A stretch of 64,000 bases of DNA from an uncultured delta proteobacterium (GCA_963847445.1 CAWJZV010000048.1:128001-192000), one strand, 5' to 3'; shown: positions 30,359 to 41,365, counted from the first letter of the stretch. Program-made: numbers and translations. The notes: a model not told the origin generated them from the letters alone.

Positions 30359-31783
30359 TCATTTTTCGCAAAGGAACAATTTGCGGTCAGGCGGAAACGA
30401 CGGATGGCACTGCACAGCCTTGAAGTGCCCTTTCAAGCAATTCTCCATATCCTCGACTGTGTAATCATCGAGACGCGGCACCACGCTGGCGCCGATCTTT
30501 GGCTTCAAAGCGGGGACAAACTCCAACAATAACCAACGCTCGCTCAGCGCCGCGAACAGCTCGCAAATACGCGACATCGGCAACCGTTGCAACGCTACCA
30601 CATGGTGCATCACTGCCAAACCCATGACCAGTTCACTCTTGAATCGCTCGATCGGCCCTGGGCAGGCTACACCGCCACGGCCAGGCGTGGCTACCGCGCT
30701 GAAAACATTGACCGCCAGCGGCAGGATATTCAGCCGATTTGCACGCGCCGTCTCATGACATAACGCCAACGCCGCAGTGTCGGCTTCGCATGCCGTCACA
30801 CGCGCGCCGTGCGCAGCGGCAAGAGCTGAATATCGCCCGGTGTTGGCCCCGACGTCGAGCACACTCTTGGGCCGTAAGTCAGTAAGAGTATTGCCGACCG
30901 CCTGGTATTTTGACTGCCAGTCGCCCGGCGACAAATCGGTCTGGAAGTATTGCTTGTCTGGGTTTCCATAGTAGCGCGCCCAATGACTGGTTCGATGTTT
31001 CAGCTCGAGGCTTTCAATACGCTTACGTAGTGCCGTGAAAAATTTAAGCTTGAGCCTTCCCTGTCCTGGTCCGCTGTTGGCCGCTTTGGAAATCGCCAGG
31101 AAACGTTGCTGCATCTCTTCCGGCAGATGCTCAAAGAGTTTGCTCACGGCTTTTGGGATTGCCACACCGAGGGTGCGTTGCGGGTGACGCAGCTTGAAGG
31201 ATGCCGGCAAGGCGGCGAGCAAGTCGCCATCGCTGACACCGGAGAGATAATCGCGCATCAGCCAACGCGCGATGTGATCCTGCCCTGCGGCATAGAGATA
31301 CAACGGATAGAGAAAAAAATTGCAGAACTGCTGATAGGGCGCCCACAGGATGTCGTCCCGCGCCGGAACGATCGAGCCGGCGTCGACATAGACGGGCCTC
31401 GTGCCTTCAAACAGAATGTTCCACGGATGACCGTCTTGAAGCGTCAGTCCTTGCTCGGCTAAGCGAATGCAAAGATCGATTGTTAGCAACGCTGCGTCCC
31501 GGAGCATGGCCGGCGGCCATTCATAGCAATAAGACTGCACCGCCACGCGGCGGTGACGCAGTACCGCCTTACCTGAGTCGGTCTTGAGTCCGCTCCACTC
31601 ACTCTCGATCAACAGCCCATCGCGCACCAGACCGTCAATCACGCCGCTCTTAGCCCATTGTTGCCAGCGCGCCGCATACACCGGATCAAGCGCGCGATAA
31701 AGCTCACCGCGCCATTCAAACAGCCGGCCATTGGGATCGACGAAGGACTCGCTCAGCCAGTGCTGTTCTGTGGCAGGTATCAT
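30359..31783 (-). CDS. NoeA-like protein: kinase-like N-terminal domain plus class I SAM methyltransferase
   Basis: SFVDPNG, SYCYEWP..MLRDAALLT, LQDGHPWNILF..YVDAGS, QFCNFFLYPL; VLDVGANTG SAM motif; LAVMHH. Confidence 0.8.
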   Translation of the reverse strand: MIPATEQHWLSESFVDPNGRLFEWRGELYRALDPVYAARWQQWAKSGVIDGLVRDGLLIESEWSGLKTDSGKAVLRHRRVAVQSYCYEWPPAMLRDAALLTIDLCIRLAEQGLTLQDGHPWNILFEGTRPVYVDAGSIVPARDDILWAPYQQFCNFFLYPLYLYAAGQDHIARWLMRDYLSGVSDGDLLAALPASFKLRHPQRTLGVAIPKAVSKLFEHLPEEMQQRFLAISKAANSGPGQGRLKLKFFTALRKRIESLELKHRTSHWARYYGNPDKQYFQTDLSPGDWQSKYQAVGNTLTDLRPKSVLDVGANTGRYSALAAAHGARVTACEADTAALALCHETARANRLNILPLAVNVFSAVATPGRGGVACPGPIERFKSELVMGLAVMHHVVALQRLPMSRICELFAALSERWLLLEFVPALKPKIGASVVPRLDDYTVEDMENCLKGHFKAVQCHPSFPPDRKLFLCEK

Positions 31784-31826
31784 GTCGCGGAGTTCTTGAT
31801 GAACGTAACGAAATTACAGCGCAGAG

Positions 31827-32600
31827 TTACGTCGCCTGCCAACCCACCACACCGATCTGCCGGCCGGTTTCGCCGCCCTCGCGGCGGTAGGAAAAGAACT
31901 CTTCGGCGGCGCAACGGGTGCAGGGGCCGATTTGGAAGAGTTGCGTGCCGGGCACGCCGGCGGCGCGCAGGATGTCGCGATTGAGCCGGCTCAGATTGAT
32001 ATGGGGCTTGCCGTCTTTCATGGCGATGCTCGGCGTCGTCAGCGCGCCCCATTTTTTCATCAGCGGTGTCGCGACGTCGTCGTTGACCTCATAGCAGCAC
32101 ACGCCGATGGACGGACCCAGCGCCACTTCCAGGTCGCCCGCTCCGACACCGTAACGACGATTGAAGTATTCCACGGTCTTTGCCGCGATGCCGGCAAGCG
32201 TGCCGCGCCACCCGGCGTGGACCGCGGCCGCCAAGCGCTGCCTGGGCGCGATAAACAATAGCGGCACGCAGTCGGCGGTGAGCACGCCGAGATAGACGCC
32301 GTTTTCGCCAGTCACCATGCCGTCGGCTGCGCCGGCTTCTTTCATCTTCTTGTCCGTGACTTCGACGATGGTGTCGGCATGAACCTGTTGCATGGTAACG
32401 ATCTTGCCGTCGTGGATGCCCATGGCCAACTTCATATCGCAAACGTTTTGGCTGACCACTTGGTTATCGTCGCCGACGCGGTAGGAAACGTTAAGCCCGG
32501 CATAGCGGCCGACACTCTTACCGCCGCGCCGGCCCATGAAGCCATGCAGCAAACCATCGTACTTTTGCCACTGGGGGACTGTTAAATGGGTCAATTCCAT
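31827..32600 (-). CDS. pgeF: PgeF/YfiH (LACC1-like purine nucleoside phosphorylase)
   Basis: QVH, LTADCVPLL, HAGWRG, LGPSIGVCCYEV, CT..FFSYRR. Confidence 0.93.
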   Translation of the reverse strand: MELTHLTVPQWQKYDGLLHGFMGRRGGKSVGRYAGLNVSYRVGDDNQVVSQNVCDMKLAMGIHDGKIVTMQQVHADTIVEVTDKKMKEAGAADGMVTGENGVYLGVLTADCVPLLFIAPRQRLAAAVHAGWRGTLAGIAAKTVEYFNRRYGVGAGDLEVALGPSIGVCCYEVNDDVATPLMKKWGALTTPSIAMKDGKPHINLSRLNRDILRAAGVPGTQLFQIGPCTRCAAEEFFSYRREGGETGRQIGVVGWQAT

Positions 32601-32729
32601 GGGTGGATTATGTTAATTTCGTCACGCTTACGCAAGCTCGTCGTGGTTCCAAGTCGCAACCGAATAGACGGCTTGGCGTGGCTTCGACCTTGCCGAACCG
32701 TGCGGAGCCGAGTAAATTAGCCAGCAATA

Positions 32730-35700
32730 ATGAACAACGGCAACTACACCGACACGCTCAAACAGCCGGGATTCTTTGCCTTTTTCTGCACCCAGTTCTT
32801 GGGGGCATTCAACGACAATTTTTTAAAGATCGTGGTCTCGTTCGTCGCCTTGAGCTTGGCCGGCCACGGCGGCGATTTTTACGTCGAACTGATCGCCATC
32901 CTGTTTATCCTGCCGTCGGCGCTGTTTTCCGGTTACGCCGGCCATCTCGCCGACGTCTACAGCAAGCGGACGATCCTGGTGGCGGTGAAGGCGATCGAGA
33001 TCGCCATCATGCTTTTCGCCTTGGCGTCATTTTACTTCGCCGATATCTGGCCCATGCTCGCGGCGGTTTTTCTAATGGGCTTGCACTCGGCCTTCTTCAG
33101 CCCGGCCAAGTACGGCATCTTGCCGGAGATGCTGCCGGACAAAGACCTTTCTCGCGGCAACGGCCTATTGGAGATGAGCACCTTCATGGCGATCATCCTG
33201 GGCACGTCGCTCGGCAGCGCGATCTTCTCGGTTTGGAAAAATCAACTGCCGCGCATCGGCTTCATCATGATCGCCATCGCCGTCGCCGGCTATTTTACCA
33301 GTCTCGGCATCGCCCGGGTGCCGGCATCGGGGGCGGCCAAGCTGCTCAACTTGAACCCCTTCGGCGAAATTACCGATGGCCTGCGCCGGCTGCGTCGGGA
33401 AAGGACGCTGTGGTTTACGGTCATCGGCATCTCTTACTTTTGGTTTCTCGGCGCGCTGGTCAATATCAACATTCTCTTCTTCGGCAAAGAGCTGTTGCAG
33501 CTCGATGAGTTTCACATCGGTCTGTTGGGGACTTTCTTGGCGATCGGCATCGGCATCGGCAGTCTCGCCGCCGGCAAACTTTCCGGCGATCACATCGAAT
33601 TGGGTTTAGTACCGCTCGGCTCGGTGGCGATGGGCTTTTGCCTTGCCCTGGTCGCCTGGGCGGCACCGTCCTATCCGCACACCGCACTTGCCTTGGTGCT
33701 GCTCGGCTTCGCCGCCGGCCTGTTCGCCGTGCCGCTCAACGCGCTGCTGCAACAGCGCAGCGGCAAAGAAGAAAAGGGCCAACTGATCGCGACCAATAAT
33801 TTCCTGAACACCATCGGCATCGCCCTGGCCGCGGCGTTGCACTGGTTTTTGAAAACCCCGCTGCAGCTTTCCCCCGATACCATCATCTTGCTGATCGGAC
33901 TCTTTACCTTGGCCGGCACGGTGGCGATCTTGTACCTGCTGCCCGATTATTTCGTCCGCTTCGTCGTCTGGCTGTTGACCAATACGCTTTATCGCATTCG
34001 TGTCGTCGGCGCGCAAAATATCCCGCTCCAGGGGCCGGCGCTATTGATCTGCAACCATGTCTCCTTCGTCGATGCGCTCTTGGTCGGCGCGCCGCAGCCG
34101 CGCTTCGTCCGCTTCATGCTGCACCGGGAGTATTACGATCTCAAATCGCTCAACTGGTTTTTCCGCCTCATGCACTCGATCCCGGTGTCGGCGAACAATC
34201 GGCGCGACATCGTCGCAGTCGCTCAAGCGGGCGAGAAACGAACTCGAAAACGGCCATGTGGTGTGCATCTTCGCCGAGGGCGCGATCAGCCGCACCGGCC
34301 GGCTGCTGCCGTTCAAGCGCGGCTTTGAGAAAATCGTCGAGGGCTCGAATATTCCGATCGTGCCGGTGCACTTGGACCAGCTCTGGGGCAGCATCTTTAG
34401 TTTCAAAGACGGCAAGTTCTTTTGGAAGTGGCCGTTGCAATTCCCCTACTCGGTCACGGTCTCGTTTGGCGCGCCGCTGCCGCCAACCTCCACCGTGGTG
34501 CAGGTGCGCAACGCCATCTTGGAGCTGGAAAGCGAGGCGGTGGAGTACCGCCGGCTTCCCGGCGATCTGCTCCACGCCAAGTTCGTCGAGATGGCCAAGC
34601 GCCACTGGTCGCGGTTCTGCATGGCCGACACCACCGGCACGGAGCTCACCTATGGCAAGGCGCTCATCGCCAGCCTGCTTTTTTGCCGCTGGCTGAGAAG
34701 CCATTGCGCCGGCCAGTCGATGATCGGCGTGATCCTGCCCGCCAGCGTCGGCGGCGCGCTGGTCAACATCGCCACTCTGCTAGCGGGCAAAGTGCCGGTA
34801 AATTTAAACTTCACCGGCGGCAAAGAAGCCATGGCCGCGGCGCTGGCCCAATGTAAGATCACCACCATCGTCACCTCGCGAACGTTTTTGGAGAAAGCCA
34901 ATCTCGAGAAAATGGACGGCATGGTTTTCGTCGAAGAGATCCGCCAGACGTTTACCGGCGCGCGCAAACTCGCCACCGCGGTCAAAGCCTATGTCACGCC
35001 GGCGCGTTGGCTCAACCGCCGCGCGCGCAAGCAACAGCGCCCCAACGATCTCGCCACGATCATATTTTCCAGCGGCAGCACCGGCACGCCCAAAGGCGTC
35101 ATGCTGTCGCACCACAACTTAATTTCCAACATCGAGGCGATCGGCCAGGTGATTCAGTTCACGCCGCAGGATCGCATCATGGGCATCCTGCCGTTGTTTC
35201 ACTCCTTCGGCTTCACCGCGACCATCTGGCTGCCGGTGCTGACCGGCTTCGGCGCGGTCTATCACCCCAATCCCACCGACGCCAAGACCATCGGCGAAAC
35301 CGTCGAGAAATACCGCGCGACATTGTTGATCAGCACGCCGACCTTCTACGTCAGCTACTGGCGCCGCTGCACCAAGGAACAGTTCGCCTCGCTGCGCTAC
35401 GTCATCGCCGGCGCGGAAAAGCTGCGCGAGCAGATCGCCAACGGTTACCAAGAAAAATTCGGCATCACCCTCCTCGAAGGCTACGGCTGCACGGAGCTCT
35501 CGCCGGTGGTCGCGGTCAACACACCCGATGTCGTCCACGACAAGGAAAAACAGACCGGCCACAAGCCCGGCACGGTCGGCCATCCGCTCCCCGGCGTCGC
35601 CGCCAAGGTGATCGATCCCGATAGCGGCGAGACCCTCGGCCCAGGCGAAGCAGGGCTGCTGCTCGTCAAAGGACCTAACGTCATGCTCGGCTACTTGAAT

Positions 35701-36171
35701 CAGCAGAACCTGACCGACCAAGCGATGCGCCACGGCTGGTATGTCACTGGCGATATCGCGACCATCGATGAGGACGGCTTCATCACCATCACCGACCGCC
35801 TGTCGCGCTTCAGCAAGATCGGCGGCGAGATGGTGCCGCATATGAAGATCGAAGAGATGATCAACGACGTCCTCGGCAGCCCGGCTTCGGTCGTCACGGC
35901 GATCCCGGACGAACAGCGCGGTGAGAGGTTGGTGGTTTTCTACGCCAAGAACGGCGTCCGCCGCGAAGAGCTGTGGGACCGGCTCAACAAATCCGCATTG
36001 CCCAAGCTGTGGGTTCCCAAGCGCGAAGATCTCCACGCCATCGACGAGATTCCCATCCTCGGCTCAGGCAAAGCCGATCTGAAAAGAGTCAAAGCGATGG
36101 CCTTGGAAAAAGCGATGCGCTTAGAATGGCCAGTCGAGCTTCAACCGCTGCCCAACCAGCATCGGAGGTGA
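32730..36171 (+). CDS. aas: LplT(MFS)-acyltransferase-acyl-ACP synthetase fusion (frameshift near 34216)
   Basis: TQFLGAFNDN and FSPAKYGILPE (LplT); NHVSFVD (HxxxxD) and FAEG (PlsC); FSSGSTGTPKG, EGYGCTE, TGD, RFSKIGGEMV (ANL adenylation). Confidence 0.92.
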
Positions 36172-36173
36172 CC

Positions 36174-38038
36174 ATGGTCGCCGCGCAACAGATCGTCAAA
36201 TACTTCGAGCGAGCCACCAAGGATTTCACCCAAGCCCGCGAATATCGCGACCTCGTCGGCGGCGGCGCGGGGATGGCGACCGCCTACGAGTTTTTGCGCA
36301 ATATCTTTCGCACCCATTATCTCTCGTCGCATATCGTCGCGCTGTGCTTCGCCTCGCTGCCATCGGCGGCCGCCGAGATGTTGAAAGAAAACCTGCTCGA
36401 AGAAATGGGCCGGTCGGAGGGCGAGCCGCCACATTCCGCGCTGCTCATGGAAATGGCTCGCGGTATCGGCTTCACTGACGACGAAGTCAATCAACTGATC
36501 GCCGATGCGCGCCGGCGCGTCGCGCTGGTCTGCGCCACCCGCGTGCCGGTGGCGACGTTGCGCGAGCTTTGTCTGTCGGTGCTGCTCGAAACCATGAGCT
36601 TCGAGTTCATGCTGTCGCGCTGTGCCAGCGAACTGGCCAGCGCGCTGAGCGATCAATATGCCATTCCGCGCTCCGCCCTGCGCTGGTTCGAGCTTCACTC
36701 CGAAGTCGATATCCGCCACGCCGAAGAAGCGATCACGGTGATCCAAGACTACAGCGAGTTTCATCAGATCTCCGACGCCCTGTTCGACCAGATCGCCGAA
36801 TTCACCCTCGGCGATCAGCTATTCTGTCGCCACTATTTTCCGCCGAGCTCGAAGCTGAAAACCCGCAGCAAAGCAGACCGGCCGGCGAGCATCGAGGCGC
36901 TGTCGATTTACCGCCTGCGCATTCCGTTTCACCAAGCGTTCAGCCATGCGCTGCACAGCCGCGAGGAAAGCGACGCCATCGTCGTCAAGGTCAGCGGCAG
37001 CGACGGCCGTAGCGGTTTCGGCGAAGGACTGGCGCGCGTCTATGTCACCGGCGAGACCACTGAATCGATGATCGCCCGCATCCGCGATTTCCTCGCGCCA
37101 AGGATTTTTCAGGAATCGTTTTCCCCAGGGTGGCAAACCATCGAGCAGTTGCAGTCGCTGCAGCCGGACTGGACGCGGAATTCGCAATCAAACAATGGCG
37201 TCATCGCCTGGAACGCGGCGTTTTGCGCCGTCGAGCTGGCACTGCTCGATTGGAGCCTGCGCGCCGACCATAGCGCGCTGGCGGACTATCTGCCGCCGGC
37301 GCGTTTCGAGGTCGTCTACAGCGGCGTGATCTCCGCCGACAGTCCGAAGGACGCGGCGGCGTTGGCCAAACGAATGGCGCGCTTGGGCCTAGCACAGATC
37401 AAAATCAAAGTCGGCACGCCGGGTGACGCCGCGCGCTTGGAAGCAGTGCGCAAAGCGGTGGGCAGCGCCGTCGAACTGCGCGCCGACGCCAACGGCGCCT
37501 GGAGCGCGGCGCAGGCAATTGAACAGTTGAAGCTGCTGGCGCCGTTTAAACTCGCCCTCATCGAACAGCCGGTGGCGGCTGACGATATCGCCGGCATGAA
37601 ACAAGTGCGCGCCCAATGCGGCATCCCGGTCATGGCCGACGAATCGCTGGTCACCATCGAACAGGCGCGCCGCTTGATCGCCGAAAAAGCCTGCGATCTG
37701 TTCAATATTCGGCTGTCGAAAAACGGCGGCATCTCCGGAAGTTTGGCGATCGCCAAGCTCGCCGAGGAGGCCGGAATCAAAATCCAAGTCGGCGCCCAAG
37801 TCGGCGAGACCGGCATCCTGTCGGCCGCCGGCAGAACCTTCGCCGCCCACATGTCGGAGCTTGCCTGCGCCGAAGGATCCTTCGGCACCTGGTTGCTGAG
37901 CGAAGACATTACCTACGACAACCTCGCCTTCGGCCTCGGCGGCCGCGCGCCGCTGCTGAAAAGCCGCGGCTTGAGCGTCACGGTCAAGAAGAAGCCCTCG
38001 AACGGCTCACCGTCGAGAAAATCGAATTGCGGCGTTAA
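36174..38038 (+). CDS. Fusion of a heme-oxygenase-like diiron (CADD/PqqC/TenA-type) domain and an MLE-subgroup enolase domain
   Basis: N-terminal: ENLLEEMG..PPH and WFELHSEVDIRH. C-terminal: GFGEG, IKIKVG, RADANG, IEQP, ADES, NIRLSKNGG. GGAGG RBS; the true stop is inferred at 38038 via one frameshift near 37988. Confidence 0.82.
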
Positions 38039-38042
38039 ACCC

Positions 38043-39727
38043 ATGAGCTTGATCGTCAAAGCGTCGGCTTTTGTCACCGGCCGTCTATGGAGTCGTTGGG
38101 AAAAATTGTGCGCCGATCCGGCAACGGTGCAAAACCGATTATTGCTCGACATCATTCAGCGCAACCGCGCCACCGCCTTCGGCAAGGATCATGGGTTCGC
38201 GGCCATTGCCAATTTAGCCGACTACCGCAAACAGGTCGCCATCGGCGACTACGAACGGCTACGCCCTTATGTCGAGCGCGCCGAGAACGGCGAAGCTCGG
38301 GTCTTGACCGAAGCGCCAGTGCGGATGTTCACCCTGACCAGCGGCAGCACCGGCGCGCCCAAGCTGATCCCAGTGACCGAGACCTCCCGCGCCAACCATC
38401 GCCAGCTCACTCGCCTGTGGTACCACCGAGCCAACCTCGATCATCCGGGCTTATTCAGCGGCAAGATGCTCGGCGTCGTCAGTCCAGCCCGAGAAGGGAA
38501 AACCGCCGGCAACATTCCCTTCGGTGCCGCCTCCGGCTTGATTTACCAGAGCAGCCCGCGCTGGATCCAGAACGCTTTCGTCCTGCCCTACGAGGTCGCC
38601 GAGGTGAAAGACTTCGCCGCTAAGTACTACCTGATCATGCGTGTGGCGTTGGCGCAGCCAATATCGTTTCTCGGCACGCCCAATCCGAGCACGATTCTGC
38701 GGCTGGTCGAAATCGCCGACAATAATAAATCTGAAATCATCCGCGACATTCGCGACGGCACCATCAGCGAGCGCTGGCCTATTCCCGGTGCGGTGCGGCA
38801 AAAGCTCGCAGCGCGCCTCGATAGAAGATCCCGCCCGCGCGGCCGAGCTCGAACGGCTGGCGAACCAATACGGCGCGCTGCGCCCCAAGGATTATTGGCC
38901 ACGAGCTGCAATTGATCGGTTGCTGGAAAGGCGGCACGGTCGGTGTGCGCTTGCATGAACTGCAGCGCTGGTTCGGCGAGTCCATGCCGGTGCGCGATTT
39001 AGGCTACATGGCGAGCGAAGCGCAGATGACCTTGCCGATATCCGACTCCGGCTCCGCCGGCATACTCGACGTCAGCGCCAATTTCTACGAATTCATTCCG
39101 GAGAGTGAAATCGCCAGCCGACAACCGGCAACTCTCACCTGCGCGGAACTCAAAGAAGGCGAAAGCTATTATTTGATCCTGACAACCCCCAGCGGCTTGT
39201 ACCGCTACGACATCAATGACGTGGTGCGCGTGGCGGGATTTTTTCAACAAACCCCGCTGCTTGAATTTGTCCGCAAGGGGCGCGATGTCACCAACATCAC
39301 CGGCGAGAAGCTCCACGTCAATCAACTCATCCAGGCGATGGCACAGGCGCAAATCGCAGCCAACATCGCGCCGCAACATTACCGCGGCTGCGCCGATGTC
39401 GACCGCTCGCGCTACGCCTTCATGGTCGAGTTCGACGGCGCCAATGCCAACGAAGCATCGCTCAAGCACTTGCTCGCCGCGCTGGAGCGAAACCTTTGTG
39501 AGCTCAATATCGAATACGCCCAGAAACGCGCATCGGAGCGTCTAAAGCCGCCGGTGCTTTGTGTGATGGAACCTGGCTGGTACGAACGTCATGCCAGCGC
39601 CGCACTGCGCAGCGGCGGCCGCGATACTCAATTCAAAGCCCAACTACTCAGTACGACGCCGGAAGCAGCCGGCGATATCACAGCCGTCATTGAACTCGCC
39701 GAACCCTCAAGCCACGGGAGCAAATAA
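38043..39727 (+). CDS. GH3 family acyl-adenylate/amide ligase (frameshifts near 38822 and 38905)
   Basis: TAFGKDHGF, DYERLRPYVER, LTSGSTGAPKLIP, GYMASE, FYEFIP, GLYRYDINDVV, GEKL. Confidence 0.9.
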
Positions 39728-39729
39728 AT

Positions 39730-40263
39730 ATGGCCAAGCACGGACCGCTCCTAGCCCTGATAACATTTTTGTTCGCCTGCCGGGTCTTGGGGCAAGCTCT
39801 GGTCGCTTTTGTCGGCGTATCCTGGTTACCAGCGATGGAACAATGGTTCTCCGGAGTGATTCCCTACCCCTCGCTGCTGCTCATCCAACTGCTCATGTTG
39901 ATGCTCATGGTGAGAATCACCGGCGAAGTCTGGCGCGGCACCGGCACCTTCGCCGTCGTGCGCCCCCACTGGGCCGAATTCCTGATGAAATTTGCCGGCG
40001 CCTACGCCGGACTGATGATCCTGCGCTATGCTCTGACGATGATTCTCCATCCCGAGATGCGCTGGTTCGGCGACATCATTCCAATTATTTTTCACTTCGT
40101 CTTGGCCGGGTTCATATTCGTTCTCGGCCACTATCACCAGGTGATGACCGACTATAAAAATATTCGCACAGTCTTCATCTGCGCTTGTCGAATCCAACGG
40201 ACGCCGATCAATGACTTACCGCGTAAACTGACTAGCATGCGGTTAAATTGCCGCGGAATTTAA
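39730..40263 (+). CDS. Small integral membrane protein (about 4 TM), unknown function
   Basis: Starts 2 nt after the GH3 stop; four hydrophobic helices; the 3' end is uncertain. Confidence 0.7.
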   Translation: MAKHGPLLALITFLFACRVLGQALVAFVGVSWLPAMEQWFSGVIPYPSLLLIQLLMLMLMVRITGEVWRGTGTFAVVRPHWAEFLMKFAGAYAGLMILRYALTMILHPEMRWFGDIIPIIFHFVLAGFIFVLGHYHQVMTDYKNIRTVFICACRIQRTPINDLPRKLTSMRLNCRGI

Positions 40264-40269
40264 CCGCAT
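40237..40269. promoter_or_regulatory. Perfect 13-bp inverted repeat upstream of bioB (terminator or operator)
   Basis: ATGCGGTTAAATT-gccgcgg-AATTTAACCGCAT. Confidence 0.45.
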
Positions 40270-40384
40270 TCTGAAGATCGCACCTAAGTAGCGAAATCTA
40301 CAGAAGTATTACTGCCTTCCAGCCACCCGCAGATTGCATGGCCACACCTCGCATGCTAGAAACTTGCTAGTTTTGGAGGACGGA

Positions 40385-41365
40385 ATGAATTTTCAGCAAC
40401 TGGCGGACAAAGCATTGCAAGGAATTCTACCCGAGCGGGAGGAATTGCGTGAAGTATTGAACGCACCGGACGAACAGCTACCGGAAATCTTGAGCGCCGC
40501 CTTCAAAGTGCGCCACCACTACTACGGCAAGCGCGTGCAGATCCATGTCTTGCAGAACGCCAAGAGCGGCCTGTGCCCGGAAGACTGCCACTACTGCTCG
40601 CAGTCGTCGGTCTCCGAAGCCCCCGTCGACAAGTACACTTTCATGTCCAAGGAAAAGCTGGTCGAAAGCGCGCGCCAGGCCAAAGCAGCCGGCGCCGTAC
40701 GCTTTTGTATCGTCAACAGCGGCCGCGGCCCGACCAACAAGGAAATTGACGACATCACCGAGGCGGTGCGCGAGATTCGCGCCCAGACCGGCATGAACGT
40801 CTGCTGCTCGTTGGGCTTGATGAATGACGACAAGACCCAGAAGCTCGCCGCCGCTGGCGTCGGCCGGGTCAATCATAATTTAAATACCAGCCGCGAACAC
40901 CACGCCGACATCGTCACCACCCACAGCTACGACGACCGGGTCGCGACGATTGAGAGCGTCAAGAGCGCCGGCATCGGCACCTGCTCCGGCGGCATCATCG
41001 GCATGGGTGAAAGCGATGACGACATCATCAACCTGGCGATGACGCTGCGTGCCATGGACATCGACTCGATCCCGGTGAATTTTTTGAACTCGATCCCCAA
41101 GACACCCTTCGAGGCGAAACGCGAACTGACGCCGCAACGCTGCTTGAAGACGCTGTGTTTGTTCCGCTTCGTCAATCCGACCAAAGAGATCCGCGTCGCC
41201 GGCGGCCGCGAAGTAAACTTGCGTTCGCTGCAGCCGCTAAGCCTTTACCCAGCCAACTCGATGTTCGTCAACGGCTACCTGACCACGCCCGGCCAAGACG
41301 CCACCGACGCGCACCAGATGATCCGCGATCTCGGTTTTGAGCTGGACCAGCCGGCAGCGATTTAG
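40385..41365 (+). CDS. bioB: Biotin synthase (radical SAM)
   Basis: NAKSGLCPEDCHYCSQS, NHNLNTS, CSGGIIGMGE, SIPVNFL, IRVAGGRE, ANSMFVNGYLTT; GGAGG RBS. Confidence 0.97.
   Translation: MNFQQLADKALQGILPEREELREVLNAPDEQLPEILSAAFKVRHHYYGKRVQIHVLQNAKSGLCPEDCHYCSQSSVSEAPVDKYTFMSKEKLVESARQAKAAGAVRFCIVNSGRGPTNKEIDDITEAVREIRAQTGMNVCCSLGLMNDDKTQKLAAAGVGRVNHNLNTSREHHADIVTTHSYDDRVATIESVKSAGIGTCSGGIIGMGESDDDIINLAMTLRAMDIDSIPVNFLNSIPKTPFEAKRELTPQRCLKTLCLFRFVNPTKEIRVAGGREVNLRSLQPLSLYPANSMFVNGYLTTPGQDATDAHQMIRDLGFELDQPAAI

Noticed and set aside
30359-31783. Nodulation capability implied by the NoeA-like gene
   Set aside because: No nodABC genes are in the window, and a NoeA-like fold alone does not indicate nodulation.
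34190-34240. Programmed ribosomal frameshift in aas (and other split genes)
   Set aside because: No slippery heptamer or stimulatory structure is evident, and indels are spread across unrelated genes.
35973-38915. 980-aa ORF suggesting an HDO-enolase-GH3 triple fusion
   Set aside because: A natural enolase C-terminus (EEALERLTVEKIELRR*) lies in another frame ending at 38038, with the GH3 ATG at 38043. The read-through is best explained by a single missing base near 37988. The first 67 codons also overlap aas.
40237-40269. BirA operator upstream of bioB
   Set aside because: Arm orientation and spacing do not match the TGTAAAC/TGTTAAC-N14-16-GTTTACA/GTTAACA type of site; kept only as an unassigned palindrome.
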